Shown piece after piece: positions 9,375-20,060 of a stretch of DNA of 64,000 nucleotides (positions are counted from its first letter, which is position 1; every line of letters starts with the position of its first letter). A program made the translations under genes and the position numbers. The notes under the pieces are model-generated. The model saw only the letters and a list, made by a program, of their open reading frames with translations, did not search any database and was not told where the DNA came from. The DNA comes from Longimicrobiales bacterium (GTDB lineage: Bacteria; Gemmatimonadota; Gemmatimonadetes; Longimicrobiales; Gaopeijiaceae): NCBI GenBank assembly GCA_965198065.1, contig CBDAON010000004.1, positions 2,784,001-2,848,000 on the forward strand, written 5' to 3'.

Positions 9375-10756
9375 TGGAGCCCGTACTTCTCCAGTCGCCG
9401 ATAGAGCGCGCTCCGCGAGAGCCCGAGGGCCTCCGCGGCGCGGCTCACGTTGCCTTCGTGCCGCTCGAGCGCTTTCCGGATCAGGTGCCGCTCGACCGCC
9501 TCCAGCGTCAGCTCCTCGAGCGACCGGGTCTCGAACTCCCGCGTGTCCCGGTGGAGGTTCAGGTCCAGGGACTGAATGGCGCGCTCACGGGCGAGCAGCA
9601 CGGCCCGCTCCACCGTGTGCTCGAGCTCCCGAACGTTCCCGGGCCACGAGTACTGGACCAGGGAGCGCATGGCCTCGGGGTCGAAGCCGACCAGGTCGCG
9701 ATGGTAACGGGCCGCGTGCGTGCGGAGGAAGCGCTCGGCCAGCACCGGAATGTCCTTCCGTCGCTCGCGGAGTGGGGGGACCCGGACCTCGACGGTGTTC
9801 AGCCGGTAGAGCAGGTCTTCCCGGAAGCCTCCGCGCCGCGCGACCTCGTGGAGGTCCGCGTTCGTGGCCGACACGATGCGAACGTCGGAGTGACGGGTCA
9901 CGCTCGATCCGACGCGCTGGAACTCGCCCGTCTGGAGGACGCGAAGGAGCTTGGCCTGAAGCGACGCCGGCATCGTGCCCACCTCGTCCAGGAAGAGCGT
10001 TCCCCCGTCCGCTACCTCGAAGTAACTGGCACGATCCGACTTCGCGTCCGTGAACGCTCCTTTCACGTGCCCGAATAGCTCGCTCTCGACGATGCCTTCC
10101 GCTAGCCCCCCCGCGTGAACCGGAACCCACGGGCCCGACGCCCGATCCGACCACGAGTGTAGATGGCGTGCGAGCACTTCCTTGCCCGTTCCGTGCTCCC
10201 CCGTGATGAGCACGCTGGCGTTCGAGTGGGCCACTCGCTCGAGGATCGCGACGACTTCCGTCACCGATCGGGACTCCGCCACGAGCGGAGGCGGCCCCCC
10301 CTCCTTGCGGAGTTGCTGGTTTTCGGACTCGAGAGCAGCCGAGTGGCGAAGCATCCTGCCCAGCTCGACCTGGGCCCGGAGGGTGGCGAGGATTCGAGGG
10401 TTCTCCCACGGCTTCTCGACGTAGTCACGAGCGCCGCGGCGCATGGCTTCGACTGCCCCGTCCACGCTCCCCCACGCCGTCATCACGACCACCGGCAGGG
10501 TCGGATAAACCGCTCGGATCCGGGCAAGGAGATCGAGCCCCTCCTCTCCCGAGGTCGTGTCCCGCGCGTAGTTCAGGTCGAGGAGGGCAACGTCGTAGGA
10601 CCGTTCGCTGAGGAGGCGCGCCACCTCCTCGGGCGAGTTCGCGGTGTCCACCTCGTAGGCCTCGGCCTTGAGGAGGAGACGGAGGGCCTTGAGGACGTCC
10701 GGCTGATCGTCCGCGATGAGGACGCGGGGGGGCTCGTCGACGAGATCGTGGCTTAC
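9371..10756 (-). CDS. Sigma54-dependent response regulator (NtrC family); start codon uncertain
   Basis: REC (VLIADD, LLDLN), GEHGTGKE, GAFTDA, WPGNVREL and a Fis HTH. The frame extends 5' of the called GTG without a canonical start (GTA at 10756). Confidence 0.85.
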   Translation of the reverse strand, partial: VSHDLVDEPPRVLIADDQPDVLKALRLLLKAEAYEVDTANSPEEVARLLSERSYDVALLDLNYARDTTSGEEGLDLLARIRAVYPTLPVVVMTAWGSVDGAVEAMRRGARDYVEKPWENPRILATLRAQVELGRMLRHSAALESENQQLRKEGGPPPLVAESRSVTEVVAILERVAHSNASVLITGEHGTGKEVLARHLHSWSDRASGPWVPVHAGGLAEGIVESELFGHVKGAFTDAKSDRASYFEVADGGTLFLDEVGTMPASLQAKLLRVLQTGEFQRVGSSVTRHSDVRIVSATNADLHEVARRGGFREDLLYRLNTVEVRVPPLRERRKDIPVLAERFLRTHAARYHRDLVGFDPEAMRSLVQYSWPGNVRELEHTVERAVLLARERAIQSLDLNLHRDTREFETRSLEELTLEAVERHLIRKALERHEGNVSRAAEALGLSRSALYRRLEKYGLQ

Positions 10757-10774
10757 CCCGTCAAACTGGCGCGC

Positions 10775-12183
10775 TCAGCGGAGTTCGGCGAGCCATAGCA
10801 CGACGCCCGTCGCACGCTCGATCTGGGCGATCGCGCGGAGGGGAGCGTGGCGGGCCGCGGCCTCCTGGCGGGCCGCGTCCGCGTAGAGGTGCTCCGCGTT
10901 CAGGAGCTCGGCCAGCGGCGCGAGGCCGAGCCGGTAGCGCTCTTCCGCCTGCGCCAGCTGCCTCTCCGCGAGCGAGATGCTGACGCCAATCCGGCCCAAG
11001 AGAACCCTGGCCCTCTCGAGTCGATCTAGCCCGGCGACGAGCTCCTGCTCGAGCTCCGCCCGGGCCGCCTCGCGCTCCGCGTCGGCTGCCACCTCGGTCG
11101 CCTCGGCCCGGAGACGCTCCCCGAGCACTCCGCCCGGCTGCTGGAGGGCCGACCACGAGAGCGTGAGCCGGAGCGAGCTCCCCGAGTTCCGGGGATCGAA
11201 AGTGAAGGCGTCGCGCGATCCGCCGTATTCGGATCGTCCCCAGCCATAGCCGAGCGAGACGGACGGGAGGAGGCTCAGTCGGAGCCCCCGAGCGTCCCAG
11301 CGGGCAAGCCGCTCGTTCGGCTTCTACCTGCTCGAGCACGGGGCTTCCCTCGAGCGCGCGAGCCCGGAGGGCATCGTAGTCTTCGGGGATGTCGAGCGGC
11401 GGCGGCTCGAGGAGCGTGACGCCGGGGTCGGGAGGGAGCCCGACGACCTCTAAGAGCGTCATGCGCGCCACCCTCGCGGCTCCCTCCGCCTCGAGCAGGG
11501 CGAGCTCAGCGTCGCTCAGGGCGAGCTGCGCCTGGAGGAGCTCCACCTCGGGCGCGGCCCCGATGTCGAAGCGCGCCTGAGCCGTGCGCTCGAGCTCGGT
11601 GGCCCGTACCACCTCGTGCCGCTGGACGTCGGTGAGCGCCTCTGCCTCCAGGGCATCCAGGTAGGCCACGACGACATCTGCCGTGACCTGGACCCGGGCC
11701 GCGCCGAGCCCCGACTCGGCGGCGCGGTCGCGTGCGCGGGACGCCCCGAGCGCGGCTACCGGCTGCCCTCCGTCGAAGAGGGTCCAGGTCGCGCCCACCG
11801 TGAGCTGGGTCCCGTACGTCTGGCGCCGATCCACGAGCGAATCGGGAAGCTCCACGATGCCCCCGGTGATCGGATCGGTCGCCGTGCGCTGAAAGGCTCG
11901 GGTGCCATTGAGCTCGGTCGACACCGAGACCGAGGGAAGGAGCCGCCCGAGGCTGTCCCACCTGCCCCCGTGCGCCTGGAGCCGGGCCGCCTGGGCCTGC
12001 CTGAGCGCCGGGCTCGCCTGGAGGGCCAGCGTCAGCGCCTCCTCCAGGGAGAGCGTGTCGGAGGCCTGGGCCACCGCGCGCGGAACCTGCGCGGCGACGG
12101 GCGCTGCGGGCCCGAGCCCGCTCGCCCAGGGAACCGCGAGGAGGGCGGCGAGGACTGCTCTTCCGGCATCAACACCCAGTCAT
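10775..12183 (-). pseudogene. TolC-family outer membrane efflux protein, frameshifted
   Basis: LSLEEALTLAL and AEERYRLGL OEP repeats are split over frames (shifts near 12175 and 11300). Confidence 0.75.
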
Positions 12184-12318
12184 AGTCTGCCGATGTCCGT
12201 AGGGATCTAGTAAGTGCTATAAACAGTTATATCCTAAACGGTTATGACTGTTCTACAGCGCCCTGAGCCACCCGTAGCGTCCCTTGATATCCGCTTGCAT
12301 CCCCTATATTATTGGGGG

Positions 12319-14010
12319 ATGAATAGTGTCAAGCACTCGGCCAACCCGCCGCGAAAAACCAAGCCCAAGGGCCGCCATCCCGACAAGGCGTTGTCGGCCG
12401 CCTTCGTGCGCACGGCCCCGCCCGGCAGACATTGCGACGGCAATGGCTTGTACCTCTACGTGCAGCCTACGGGAACGCGGAGTTGGATTCAGCGGCTCGC
12501 GATCCGGGGCCGCAATCGCGAGCTCGGACTGGGCAGCGTGGCGCTGATTTCGCTGGCCGAGGCCCGCGAGCAGGCGCTGGCCAACCGCAAGCTCGCGCGC
12601 TCGGGCGGCGACCCGCTCGCCGAGAAACGCCGCACGCAGGGCGTGCCAAGCTTCGCGGAATCCGCCGTGAGGGTGATGGAACAGAAGCGGGCCGGTTGGC
12701 GCAGTCCGGGTCATAGCCGCGAGTGGATTTCGAGCCTCAGGCGCTACGCCTTCCCGCGCATCGGCGAGATGGCGGTCTCGGAGGTGACGAGCGCCGACGT
12801 GCTGGAGATCCTCACACCCATCTGGCACGTGAAGGCGCCCACGGCCCGGCACGTGCACCAGCGTATCCGCACGGTGCTGGAATGGGCCGTGGCGATGGAG
12901 TTCAGGACCGACAACCCATGCGACCGAATCGGGCCGATCCTCGGAGCGCAGAACGACGTGGTGACACACATGCGGGCCTTGCCGCATCGCGACGTGGCGT
13001 CGGCGATCGAGACGGTGTGGGGGTCGGGGGCGCAGCCGGTCGTCAAGCTCGCGTTTGACGAGACGACGCCGGCGGCGGAGCTGACGGCGGAGTTCCGGGA
13101 CATGCCGGAGACGCACGACGGGGAGAGCGCGTTCACGTTCCGGGTGGCGTTCAGCGAGGACATCGGGATCAGCTTCCGCGCGCTGCGCGAGGACGCGTTC
13201 ACGGTGACCGGCGGGCGCGTCACGGGCGGAGGGCGCGTGGATGACAGACGGGACCTGTTCGAGATGACGGTCGAGCCCGACGGCGACGGCGCCGTGACGA
13301 TCGAGCTGGCGGCGGGCCGCGAGTGCGCGACGTCCGGTGCGATCTGCACCAAGGGCGAGAACCGGCGGCAGTTGACCAACAGCCCGTCGGTGACGGTGGC
13401 GGGTCCGGCGGGCGGCTCGGGGCCGCCGGAGCTGACGGCGTCGTTCGAGGGCATGCCGGCCAAACACCGTGGCGAGGGCGGGTTCCACTTTCGCGTGGCG
13501 TTCAGCGAGGACATCGGGATCAGTTTCCGGGCGCTGCGCGAGGATGCGTTCACGGTGACCGGCGGGCGGGTCACGGGCGGCTCGCGCGTGGACGGCCGGC
13601 GCGACCTGTTCAAGATGACGGTGAGGCCGGACTCGGACGGGGACGTGACGATCACGCTTCCGGCGGGGCGCGAGTGCGCGACGTCCGGTGCGATCTGCAC
13701 GAAGGGGGAGAACCGGCGGCGGCGGCCGCGGCGTTGTGGGGGGACGGAGATCCCGGCAAGGACCGGCTCGACGCCCTCGACAGTTTGGGCAACGAGAACG
13801 GAAGGTATGACCTCGGCGACATGCTCGCCTGGGCCGCCCGCTGCCGCGGGGGCGAAGCATCCGGGCCAGCCGCCGGCTCCGGACCGCCCTCCCCTCCCCC
13901 CGCGCTGCCGCGGGGGCGAAGCATCCGGGCCAGCCGCCGGCGAAAGGGCGCGCGCGGTCCTGCCCGCCACCGCCGAACGGTTCCCGACCCACCCGCCACC
14001 GGTTCCGTGA
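12319..14010 (+). pseudogene. P4-like integrase N-terminal half fused in frame to two adhesin Ig-like repeats
   Basis: Arm-binding motifs DGNGLYLYVQPTGTRSWIQR and ELGLGS end at VVKLAF (~13056), then repeats homologous to 45960..46290. No catalytic domain. Confidence 0.8.
13839..13941 (+). repeat. 39-bp direct repeat x2
   Basis: CGCTGCCGCGGGGGCGAAGCATCCGGGCCAGCCGCCGGC at 13839 and 13903. Confidence 0.9.
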
Positions 14011-14453
14011 CCCGGCGGTCCGGGTGGTTGCGGACGGCGCTGCTGGCCTCGGTAATCTCGGTCTGGGGCTGCGGGGACGGCATCGTCGACCCGCGGAATG
14101 ACGCACCCCGGTATGACGTAGCCAACGCGTCGGTCGTGGATCCCGGCCCCCTGCACGTTCGGTTGACGGCCCCGCCGCAGGCTCGCGACATCGGAGCCAT
14201 GCTCGTCGTCGAGGGTCCGGCCATCGACTCGCTTCAGGCGCCGGGTCTGGAGATGTTCGAGACGGACGAATCGTCCTCGACACGACGTGAGGTCGTCATC
14301 GCCGGAGCGCTGCCGCCAGACGGGCCCGTGCTGCGGGTCTGGGTGCCCCACCGGGGCGACCACGCCCGGTACCGCGTGAGGCTGCTGCAGGTGGCGGCCG
14401 AGGACTTCGCGCTCAGGGACCTGAGCGTGTACGGGAGCGTGATCTCCCGCTGA
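14007..14453 (+). CDS. Hypothetical lipoprotein-like protein (may be the tail of a longer, broken ORF)
   Basis: LLASVISVWGC lipobox-like segment and coding-like codon usage. Confidence 0.5.
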   Translation: MTRRSGWLRTALLASVISVWGCGDGIVDPRNDAPRYDVANASVVDPGPLHVRLTAPPQARDIGAMLVVEGPAIDSLQAPGLEMFETDESSSTRREVVIAGALPPDGPVLRVWVPHRGDHARYRVRLLQVAAEDFALRDLSVYGSVISR

Positions 14454-14545
14454 GCGCCGGGCGCGGCGCCCGCCTTCGAGGCGTGGGGCCGCGCCCGCTC
14501 AATGCGGCGAGATCAAGATCCAGGGTGACCCTCCCCGCGACCCGC

Positions 14546-15206
14546 CGGCCCTCGACTCACTTGGAAGCACCCTCCGAGGCGGCATCTGGCCGTGCTCGGC
14601 CAGCCTCGGCCGTGGATGAGCGGGTCCTCGTGGGCCGGATCTCGACCCCAACTGCCATGGAGACGCTGACGAGGCACTTCGAATCGCGAGTGGGTGCATC
14701 CCTCGAGCGCACGGGCGTGAAGACGTCGACGTTCGACCTGCGGGCGGTGGGCTATCTCAACCCGGTGCGTCAGCTCCGTCCTGGCCGATCCCCGAGACTG
14801 GCGATGGCCTGTCAGGTCCCCGTGTTCATCGAAGCCTGCCGCCGGGCCCATGTGGCCCCTGTTCCCTCCCGGGGCAACGCGCCCCGGAATTCTTCACCGA
14901 ACAGAACGGAGGCAGACCGATGACGAGAGCAATGGAACAGAGCATGGACGCGCCCGCGCGCGTCCTGAGGTTACCGCGAGTGCAGACCCGCACGGGGCTG
15001 GCGCGGAGCACGATCTACGTGCGGGTGGCCGACGGGAGCTTTCCCCAACCGATCCGGTTAGGCGCGCGCGCCGTCGGCTGGATCGAGTCCGAAGTGGATG
15101 CGTGGATCCGAGAACAGATCGCCGCGAGCCGCAGCAGTGCCGAGTGATCTGAGACGATAACTATCTGAATCGTTCGCAATCAGAGAGGACAGGGGCCATC
15201 GACAAA
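14546..15206 (+). repeat. ~660-bp alpA region, inverted homolog of 42898..43562
   Basis: High identity by eye, including ~370 bp upstream of alpA. Confidence 0.85.
14920..15147 (+). CDS. alpA: AlpA-family regulator/excisionase
   Basis: LRLPRVQTRTGLARSTIY..FPQPIRLGARAVGWIESEVDAWI. Confidence 0.9.
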   Translation: MTRAMEQSMDAPARVLRLPRVQTRTGLARSTIYVRVADGSFPQPIRLGARAVGWIESEVDAWIREQIAASRSSAE

Positions 15207-15386
15207 CTGCCCTCCCGCAAGGTTCGCTCCTTCGCCGCCTCCGGGAACCTCCGCTACGGTCCACTGGATTCCCGTTCAGAAAGAGGGGTGTAATAAGGGG
15301 ATCGGAGTGGGTTAGGTAGTCTTAAGTATATTATCGATAATAAGTTATAACGGATTCGGCGTGGACCCGGCCGATCGGGCAGCGAG

Positions 15387-16095
15387 TCACGTCGCCTCCG
15401 CCGCGCCGACGGTCCGACTCTCCAGTGCCCGGTCCCCGACGATACACCCGTCCAGGAGTTCCAAGATGCGCCGTCCGTAGCTCGCGTTCTCGTCCGAGTG
15501 GGTGACCTGGACGATCGTGACGCCCTCCCGATTCAGGTCGCCCAAAAGCTCCATGACCATGGTGCCCTGCCGGGAATGGAGGCTTCCGGTGGGCTCGTCC
15601 GCGAGGATCACCCGCGGCTCCGAGATCACGGCCCTGGCCACGGCGACTAGTTGCTGCTGGCCCCCGGAGAGCTGGGGCGGAAAGAGGGCCTTCTTCGCCA
15701 CGATGCCGAAGCGGTCCAAGGCGTCGGCCACGCGAGCCTGGCGCTCACTTCGCGGGACGTCCCGGTAGCTCAGCGGTAGTTCCAAGTTCTCCGCCACCGT
15801 GAGGTCGTCCAGCAGGTGGTACTGCTGGAACACGAACCCTACCGTGCGGGCCCCGAGTGCGCTCCGATCCTTGGGCTTGAGCTGGTCCACGCGGTGGCCC
15901 GAGAGCGTGTACCGCCCCGTCCACTCGCCGTCCAGAAGCCCTAGAATGGTTCAGGAGCGTGGTATTCCCGGCTCCGGAGGGTCCCATGACGCTCAGGAAC
16001 TCCCCCTCGCTCACCTCGAGGTCGATGTCCCGGAGGATGTCCAGCTCGCCGGCCTTGGAGCGAACGGTCTTCCGAACGGCCTCGAGCCGGATCAT
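15387..16095 (-). pseudogene. MacB/LolD-type ABC ATPase, frameshifted
   Basis: LSGGQQQ and ILADEPTG present. Frameshift near 15950; Walker A reads GAGNTT (Lys lost). Confidence 0.8.
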
Positions 16096-16208
16096 GCGGC
16101 CTCCCCGGACCCCGCCAGGAGCCGTGCCCGGAGCGCGATGGCCGTGAATTCCGGACGCCGGGGCCGGCCGCGGAAGGCGAAGCGGAGATCCTGGAGGAAG
16201 GAGATCAT
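16092..16208 (-). pseudogene. 38-codon remnant of an ADOP/MacB-type ABC permease
   Basis: MISFLQDLRFAFRGRPRRPEFTAIAL resembles the permease N-terminus. ATGA overlap with the next gene. Confidence 0.6.
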
Positions 16209-16212
16209 CGCG

Positions 16213-16974
16213 TCATCCCTGCACCTCGAATCCGTGCCCTGAGAGCTCCGCCGCCACCGCGGCCCGCTGGGGACCCGAGATGTCCTCGACGATGCGCCCG
16301 TCGAAGAGGTGGACGGAGCGCTCCGAATGTTCCTCGTAGCGCGGGTCGTGGGTCACCATGCAGATGGTGGCGCCGCCGTCGTGGAGCTCCTTCAGGAGGT
16401 CCATGACCGCGGCGCCGTTCGCCGAGTCGAGGTTTCCGGTCGGCTCGTCCGCGAGAAGGACGGACGGCTCCCCGGCGATCGCGCGAGCAACCGCGACCCT
16501 CTGCTGCTGGCCGCCCGAGAGCTGCGCGGGATAGTGGCGGTTGCGGTGGGACATCTGGACTCGCTCGAGGGCTTCGTCCACGCGCTGCCTCCGCTCCGAC
16601 CCCGACATCCCCCGGTACGTGAGCGGAAGCTCGACGTTCTCATGGACCGTCAGATCCCCGATCAGGTTGAATGCTTGGAAGATGAACCCGATCTCCCGGT
16701 TCCGGATGACGGCTTGCTGCCCTCGCGTGAGCTTCGCGACGGGGCTGTCCTTCAGCAGATACTCCCCTGCGGACGGGGTGTCGAGGAGACCTAGGATCGA
16801 GAGAAGGGTCGTCTTCCCGCACCCGGAGGGCCCCGCGATGGAGAGGAACTCCCCCGCGTGCACCTTCAGGTGAATGCCTGCGAGGGCATGGGTCTCCACG
16901 TCCTCCGTGTAGAAGACCTTGCTCACGTCCGTGAGCTGGATCAGGGACTCGTGGGCCGAACCGGGCTCGACCAT
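16213..16974 (-). CDS. MacB/LolD-type ABC ATP-binding protein
   Basis: GPSGCGKT, LSGGQQQR, LADEPTGNLD and VTHD motifs. Confidence 0.92.
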   Translation of the reverse strand: MVEPGSAHESLIQLTDVSKVFYTEDVETHALAGIHLKVHAGEFLSIAGPSGCGKTTLLSILGLLDTPSAGEYLLKDSPVAKLTRGQQAVIRNREIGFIFQAFNLIGDLTVHENVELPLTYRGMSGSERRQRVDEALERVQMSHRNRHYPAQLSGGQQQRVAVARAIAGEPSVLLADEPTGNLDSANGAAVMDLLKELHDGGATICMVTHDPRYEEHSERSVHLFDGRIVEDISGPQRAAVAAELSGHGFEVQG

Positions 16975-17022
16975 GGGGTTTCCTCTCCTCTCATGCCCTC
17001 GGTCGCTCGAGGGGTGCGGGGC

Positions 17023-18081
17023 TCAGCGGATCCTTACGCGATCTACGTCAGACCAACGGGACATATCGGACACGATGATGCGGTCGCCGGCCACGAGGCC
17101 GTCCACGACCTCGATCGTATTCAGGGAGGCCCGTCCGAACCGGGCGGGCACCGCCGTGGCGGTCTCCCCGTCGGGCGCGAGCCTCCAGACTCGGGACTGG
17201 CTCTCCGGTTGGACGTATCCGGGGCGTGCGACGTGTAAGACGTTCTCCAGCCGGTCCACCTCGATCGTCCCGTCCACGCTCAGATCCGGGCGCGCGCCCG
17301 TGGGGAGCGCCCCCTCGATCAAGACCTCGACGGCCACCGCTCCGGCTTGCACCGACGGCTCTATCCGAATCACCCGCCCCTCCGAAACTCCGACTCGCAT
17401 GTCGATCACGGCCCCCTGACCTACGACAACGTCACGTACCTGGGTTTCAGGAACGCGAAGGAGGGCGTTCAGCCGGCCCGGCTCGACGACCCGGGTGAGC
17501 GTCGTCCCGGGCATCACCCATTGGCCGATCTGGAGGGCGAGTTCCTGGACCACTCCAGTGGAGCCTGCCCGCACCCGCATCGACTCGAAGCGCTCCTCCT
17601 GGAACTCGACGATGGACCTGAGACGCTCGGCCTGGCTCTCCTGCACCTGGAGGCGAGCGTCGATCGAGCCGTCGAGCACCTCTAGCTGCTCCTCGGCTAC
17701 CCGTAGCCGCTCAGCGGTCTCGGCGGCCTGGTCTTCCGCGAGGGCAAGGTCCATGCGCGCGATCAGGTTCCTCGACGCCAGCTCCCGGCTCGCCTCAGCC
17801 TGACGCTCGGCCTCGCGCCACGCGACACGAGCGGCCGCAACCGCGCCCTCCTGGGCGAGCCGCTGGGTGTTCAGGCTGGACTGGAGGTTCGCGAGCTCGG
17901 CCTCCGCCTGGGCGAGTTGGCGGTAGGCGTCCAGGCGCTGAAGCTCGACGTCCGGGTTCGCGAGCTCAATCAGGACCGTCTCCGGCTTTACCTGGTCTCC
18001 CGGCTGGACGTGGATGGCCTCCACGCGCCCGCCCGCCACGGCCGCGATAAAGCGGACGCGCTCGGGGATGAGCGTTCCGGG
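17023..18081 (-). pseudogene. Efflux membrane fusion protein, 5' end removed at IS256
   Basis: Lipoyl-like GGRVEAIHVQPGDQV, coiled coil and GLVAGDRIIVSD. The frame runs into the IS end with no start or TM anchor. Confidence 0.8.
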
Positions 18082-19516
18082 GAGTGAGTCCCATCTTTAG
18101 TTGAAATTGAAGCGGCCTCCAACCTCAGGTAACGTGGGTGTGCGACCACACCACGGGATCACAAGAGAGGAAGGAGGGCCACCGATGGGAAGGATGCCAA
18201 GGCTCGTCGAGCGGGGGCAAGAAGGACCGGCGGCTCGGGGAACCGAGGGAGGTGAGTTGGGAGGAGATCGAGGCGCTGGAGCTGGACCCTCGGGTGGAGC
18301 TGATCCGGCAGCTGATTCCGCTGGGACTGGCGGAGGTGGGCCGGATGCTCGAGGAGGAAGTGGAGCAACTGGCGGGGCAACGTCACGCCAGGAAGACCGA
18401 GGACGATCGACATTGCCGGCATGGGCATAACCCAGGGTCGGTGCGGTTGGGCGGCCAGCGGCATCCGGTGCGAGTACCGCGGGTGCGAGGCCCGGCCGGA
18501 GAGTCGAGGCTGGCGGCGTATGAGCAGCTGCATGGCTCGCCCGGCGAGATGGACGAGGGGCTGTTTCGGAAGGTGCTGCTCGGGATCTCGTGCCGGGACT
18601 ACGAGGCAGCGGTCGAGGCGGTGCCTGGAGCCATCGGGCTGTCGAAGTCGACGGTCTCGCGGGAGTTCAAGAAGGCCACGGCCGCGAAGCTGAAGGAGTT
18701 TCAGGAGCGGGACCTCTCGGGTTACGACGTGGGGTGGCACTCGTCCTGGACGGCAAGAGCTTTGCCGAGGACGAGATGGTCGTCGCGCTCGGGGTGACGA
18801 CCAAGGGGGACAAGGTCTTCCTCGGGTTCGTCCAGACCGACACGGAGAACGCCGTGGTGATCCGATCCTTCCTTCGGAGTCTGAAGGACCGAGGTCTCGA
18901 CCTGTCGGCCGGAGCGCTCGTGGTGATCGATGGAGCCCGCGGTCTCCGGAGCGGCGTCCTGGCGGTCTTCAAGGGACAGGTGCTCATCCAGCGGTGCCAG
19001 TGGCACAAGCGGAAGAACGTGATCTCGTATCTGCCGAGAGCGGAGCAGAAGGGCTGGCGCCAGCGTCTGCAGCGCGCCTACCAGCGGCCCACGTACGAAG
19101 AGGCCGTCAAGGACCTCAAGGCCCTGCGCCAGGAGCTCGCGGGGGTGAACCAGTCCGCGGCGGCCAGTCTCGATGAGGGGTTCGAGGAGACCCTCACCCT
19201 CCACCGGTTGGGAGTCTTCCCCCTGGTCGGCCAGTCGCTCAAGACCACCAACGTGCTCGAGTCCGTGAACGCCCTGGCCGAGCAGAGGTGCGGACGCGTG
19301 GACCACTGGAAGAACTCGAGCCAGAAGCACCGATGGCTCGCGACCACGCTCCTGGAGATCTAGTCACGGCTCCGGAGGTTGCTCGGGTACCGACACCTCC
19401 CGCTCCTCAGGGCCGCGATCCAGAAGGACCTCGGGATCACCCTTCCCGAGAGCCGTTCACATGCTGTCGCCTGAGACGGAGGCCGCTCCAGTTTCAACTA
19501 ACTTTGGGATTGACTC
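18082..19516 (+). mobile_element. IS256-family element, copy 1 (transposase frameshifted plus internal TAG; no TSD)
   Basis: ~39-bp imperfect IRs GAGTGAGTCCC.../...GGGATTGACTC. QRCQWHK and TTNVLESVN motifs. Confidence 0.9.
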
Positions 19517-19701
19517 CCACAGAAACCTAGAGGGGTACAGTCCAGCTAGCAGGCTTGGTTTTCGTATCTGGCTGTGGCAAACCGCCGACTGAGTAGAGCA
19601 CGCCGCAAACGAAGCTCAGGTGAGCTCCTGATGGCCCAAAGGGTCGGCAGCGACAGCTGAGCTGGTGTGAGGGGCGTATTCCCCGGTTCTTGGGAGTTCG
19701 G

Positions 19702-19894
19702 ACTGTGCCGTAATTGTGCCGTAACTCTGGGGTACTGAGGTGTACGGATGGCACAAGAGCAGGGAGGGAACTCTAAGAACGTGGCCCGATCGTGCCGTTT
19801 AATACCTTTAGTTGCACGATAAGCAACCGCGGGATAAGGACTTAAAATCCCCCGGGGGCAACCCCTTCTGGGTTCGAATCCCAGCCCCGGCACT
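19702..19894 (+). repeat. att-like repeat 1: arm motifs plus tRNA-Leu(TAA) 3' half
   Basis: TGTGCCGTAA x2, inverted ATGGCACA, then a 57-bp core at 19838..19894. Confidence 0.85.
19838..19894 (+). tRNA. tRNA-Leu(TAA) 3' fragment (not a full gene)
   Basis: Anticodon arm GGA-CTTAAAA-TCC, variable arm GGGG-GCAA-CCCC, T arm CTGGG-TTCGAAT-CCCAG and the acceptor 3' strand. D arm and 5' acceptor strand are absent. Confidence 0.85.
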
Positions 19895-20060
19895 CCAATA
19901 ACCACAAGCCGAAGAACGCCTCGCTCCAAGTGGCGAACCTGACTCAGGGGGAGGAGTCCAGATACGCTTGCTAGGTAGCTCCGACGGTTGCCGCATTCGG
20001 TCATCGCGGGTACTACGGATCGCGCGCAACTTGATCCGTTGGTCACGCCGAGGGTAACGA

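Larger units (their letters stand above)
12189..15375 (+). mobile_element. Internally deleted integrative element (integrase remnant plus AlpA) bounded by GCCGAT direct repeats
   Basis: GCCGAT at 12189 and 15370, AT-rich ends. Removing the element leaves a 22-nt spacer between the ABC stop and the TolC ATG. Confidence 0.7.

Noticed and set aside
15361..15372. tmRNA 3' end as the integration target
   Set aside because: The resemblance is only ~12 nt, with no T arm and no matching copy at the other end.
19361..19363. Amber recoding (pyrrolysine or alternative genetic code)
   Set aside because: The internal TAGs replace different residues, and many intact genes here end in TAG.
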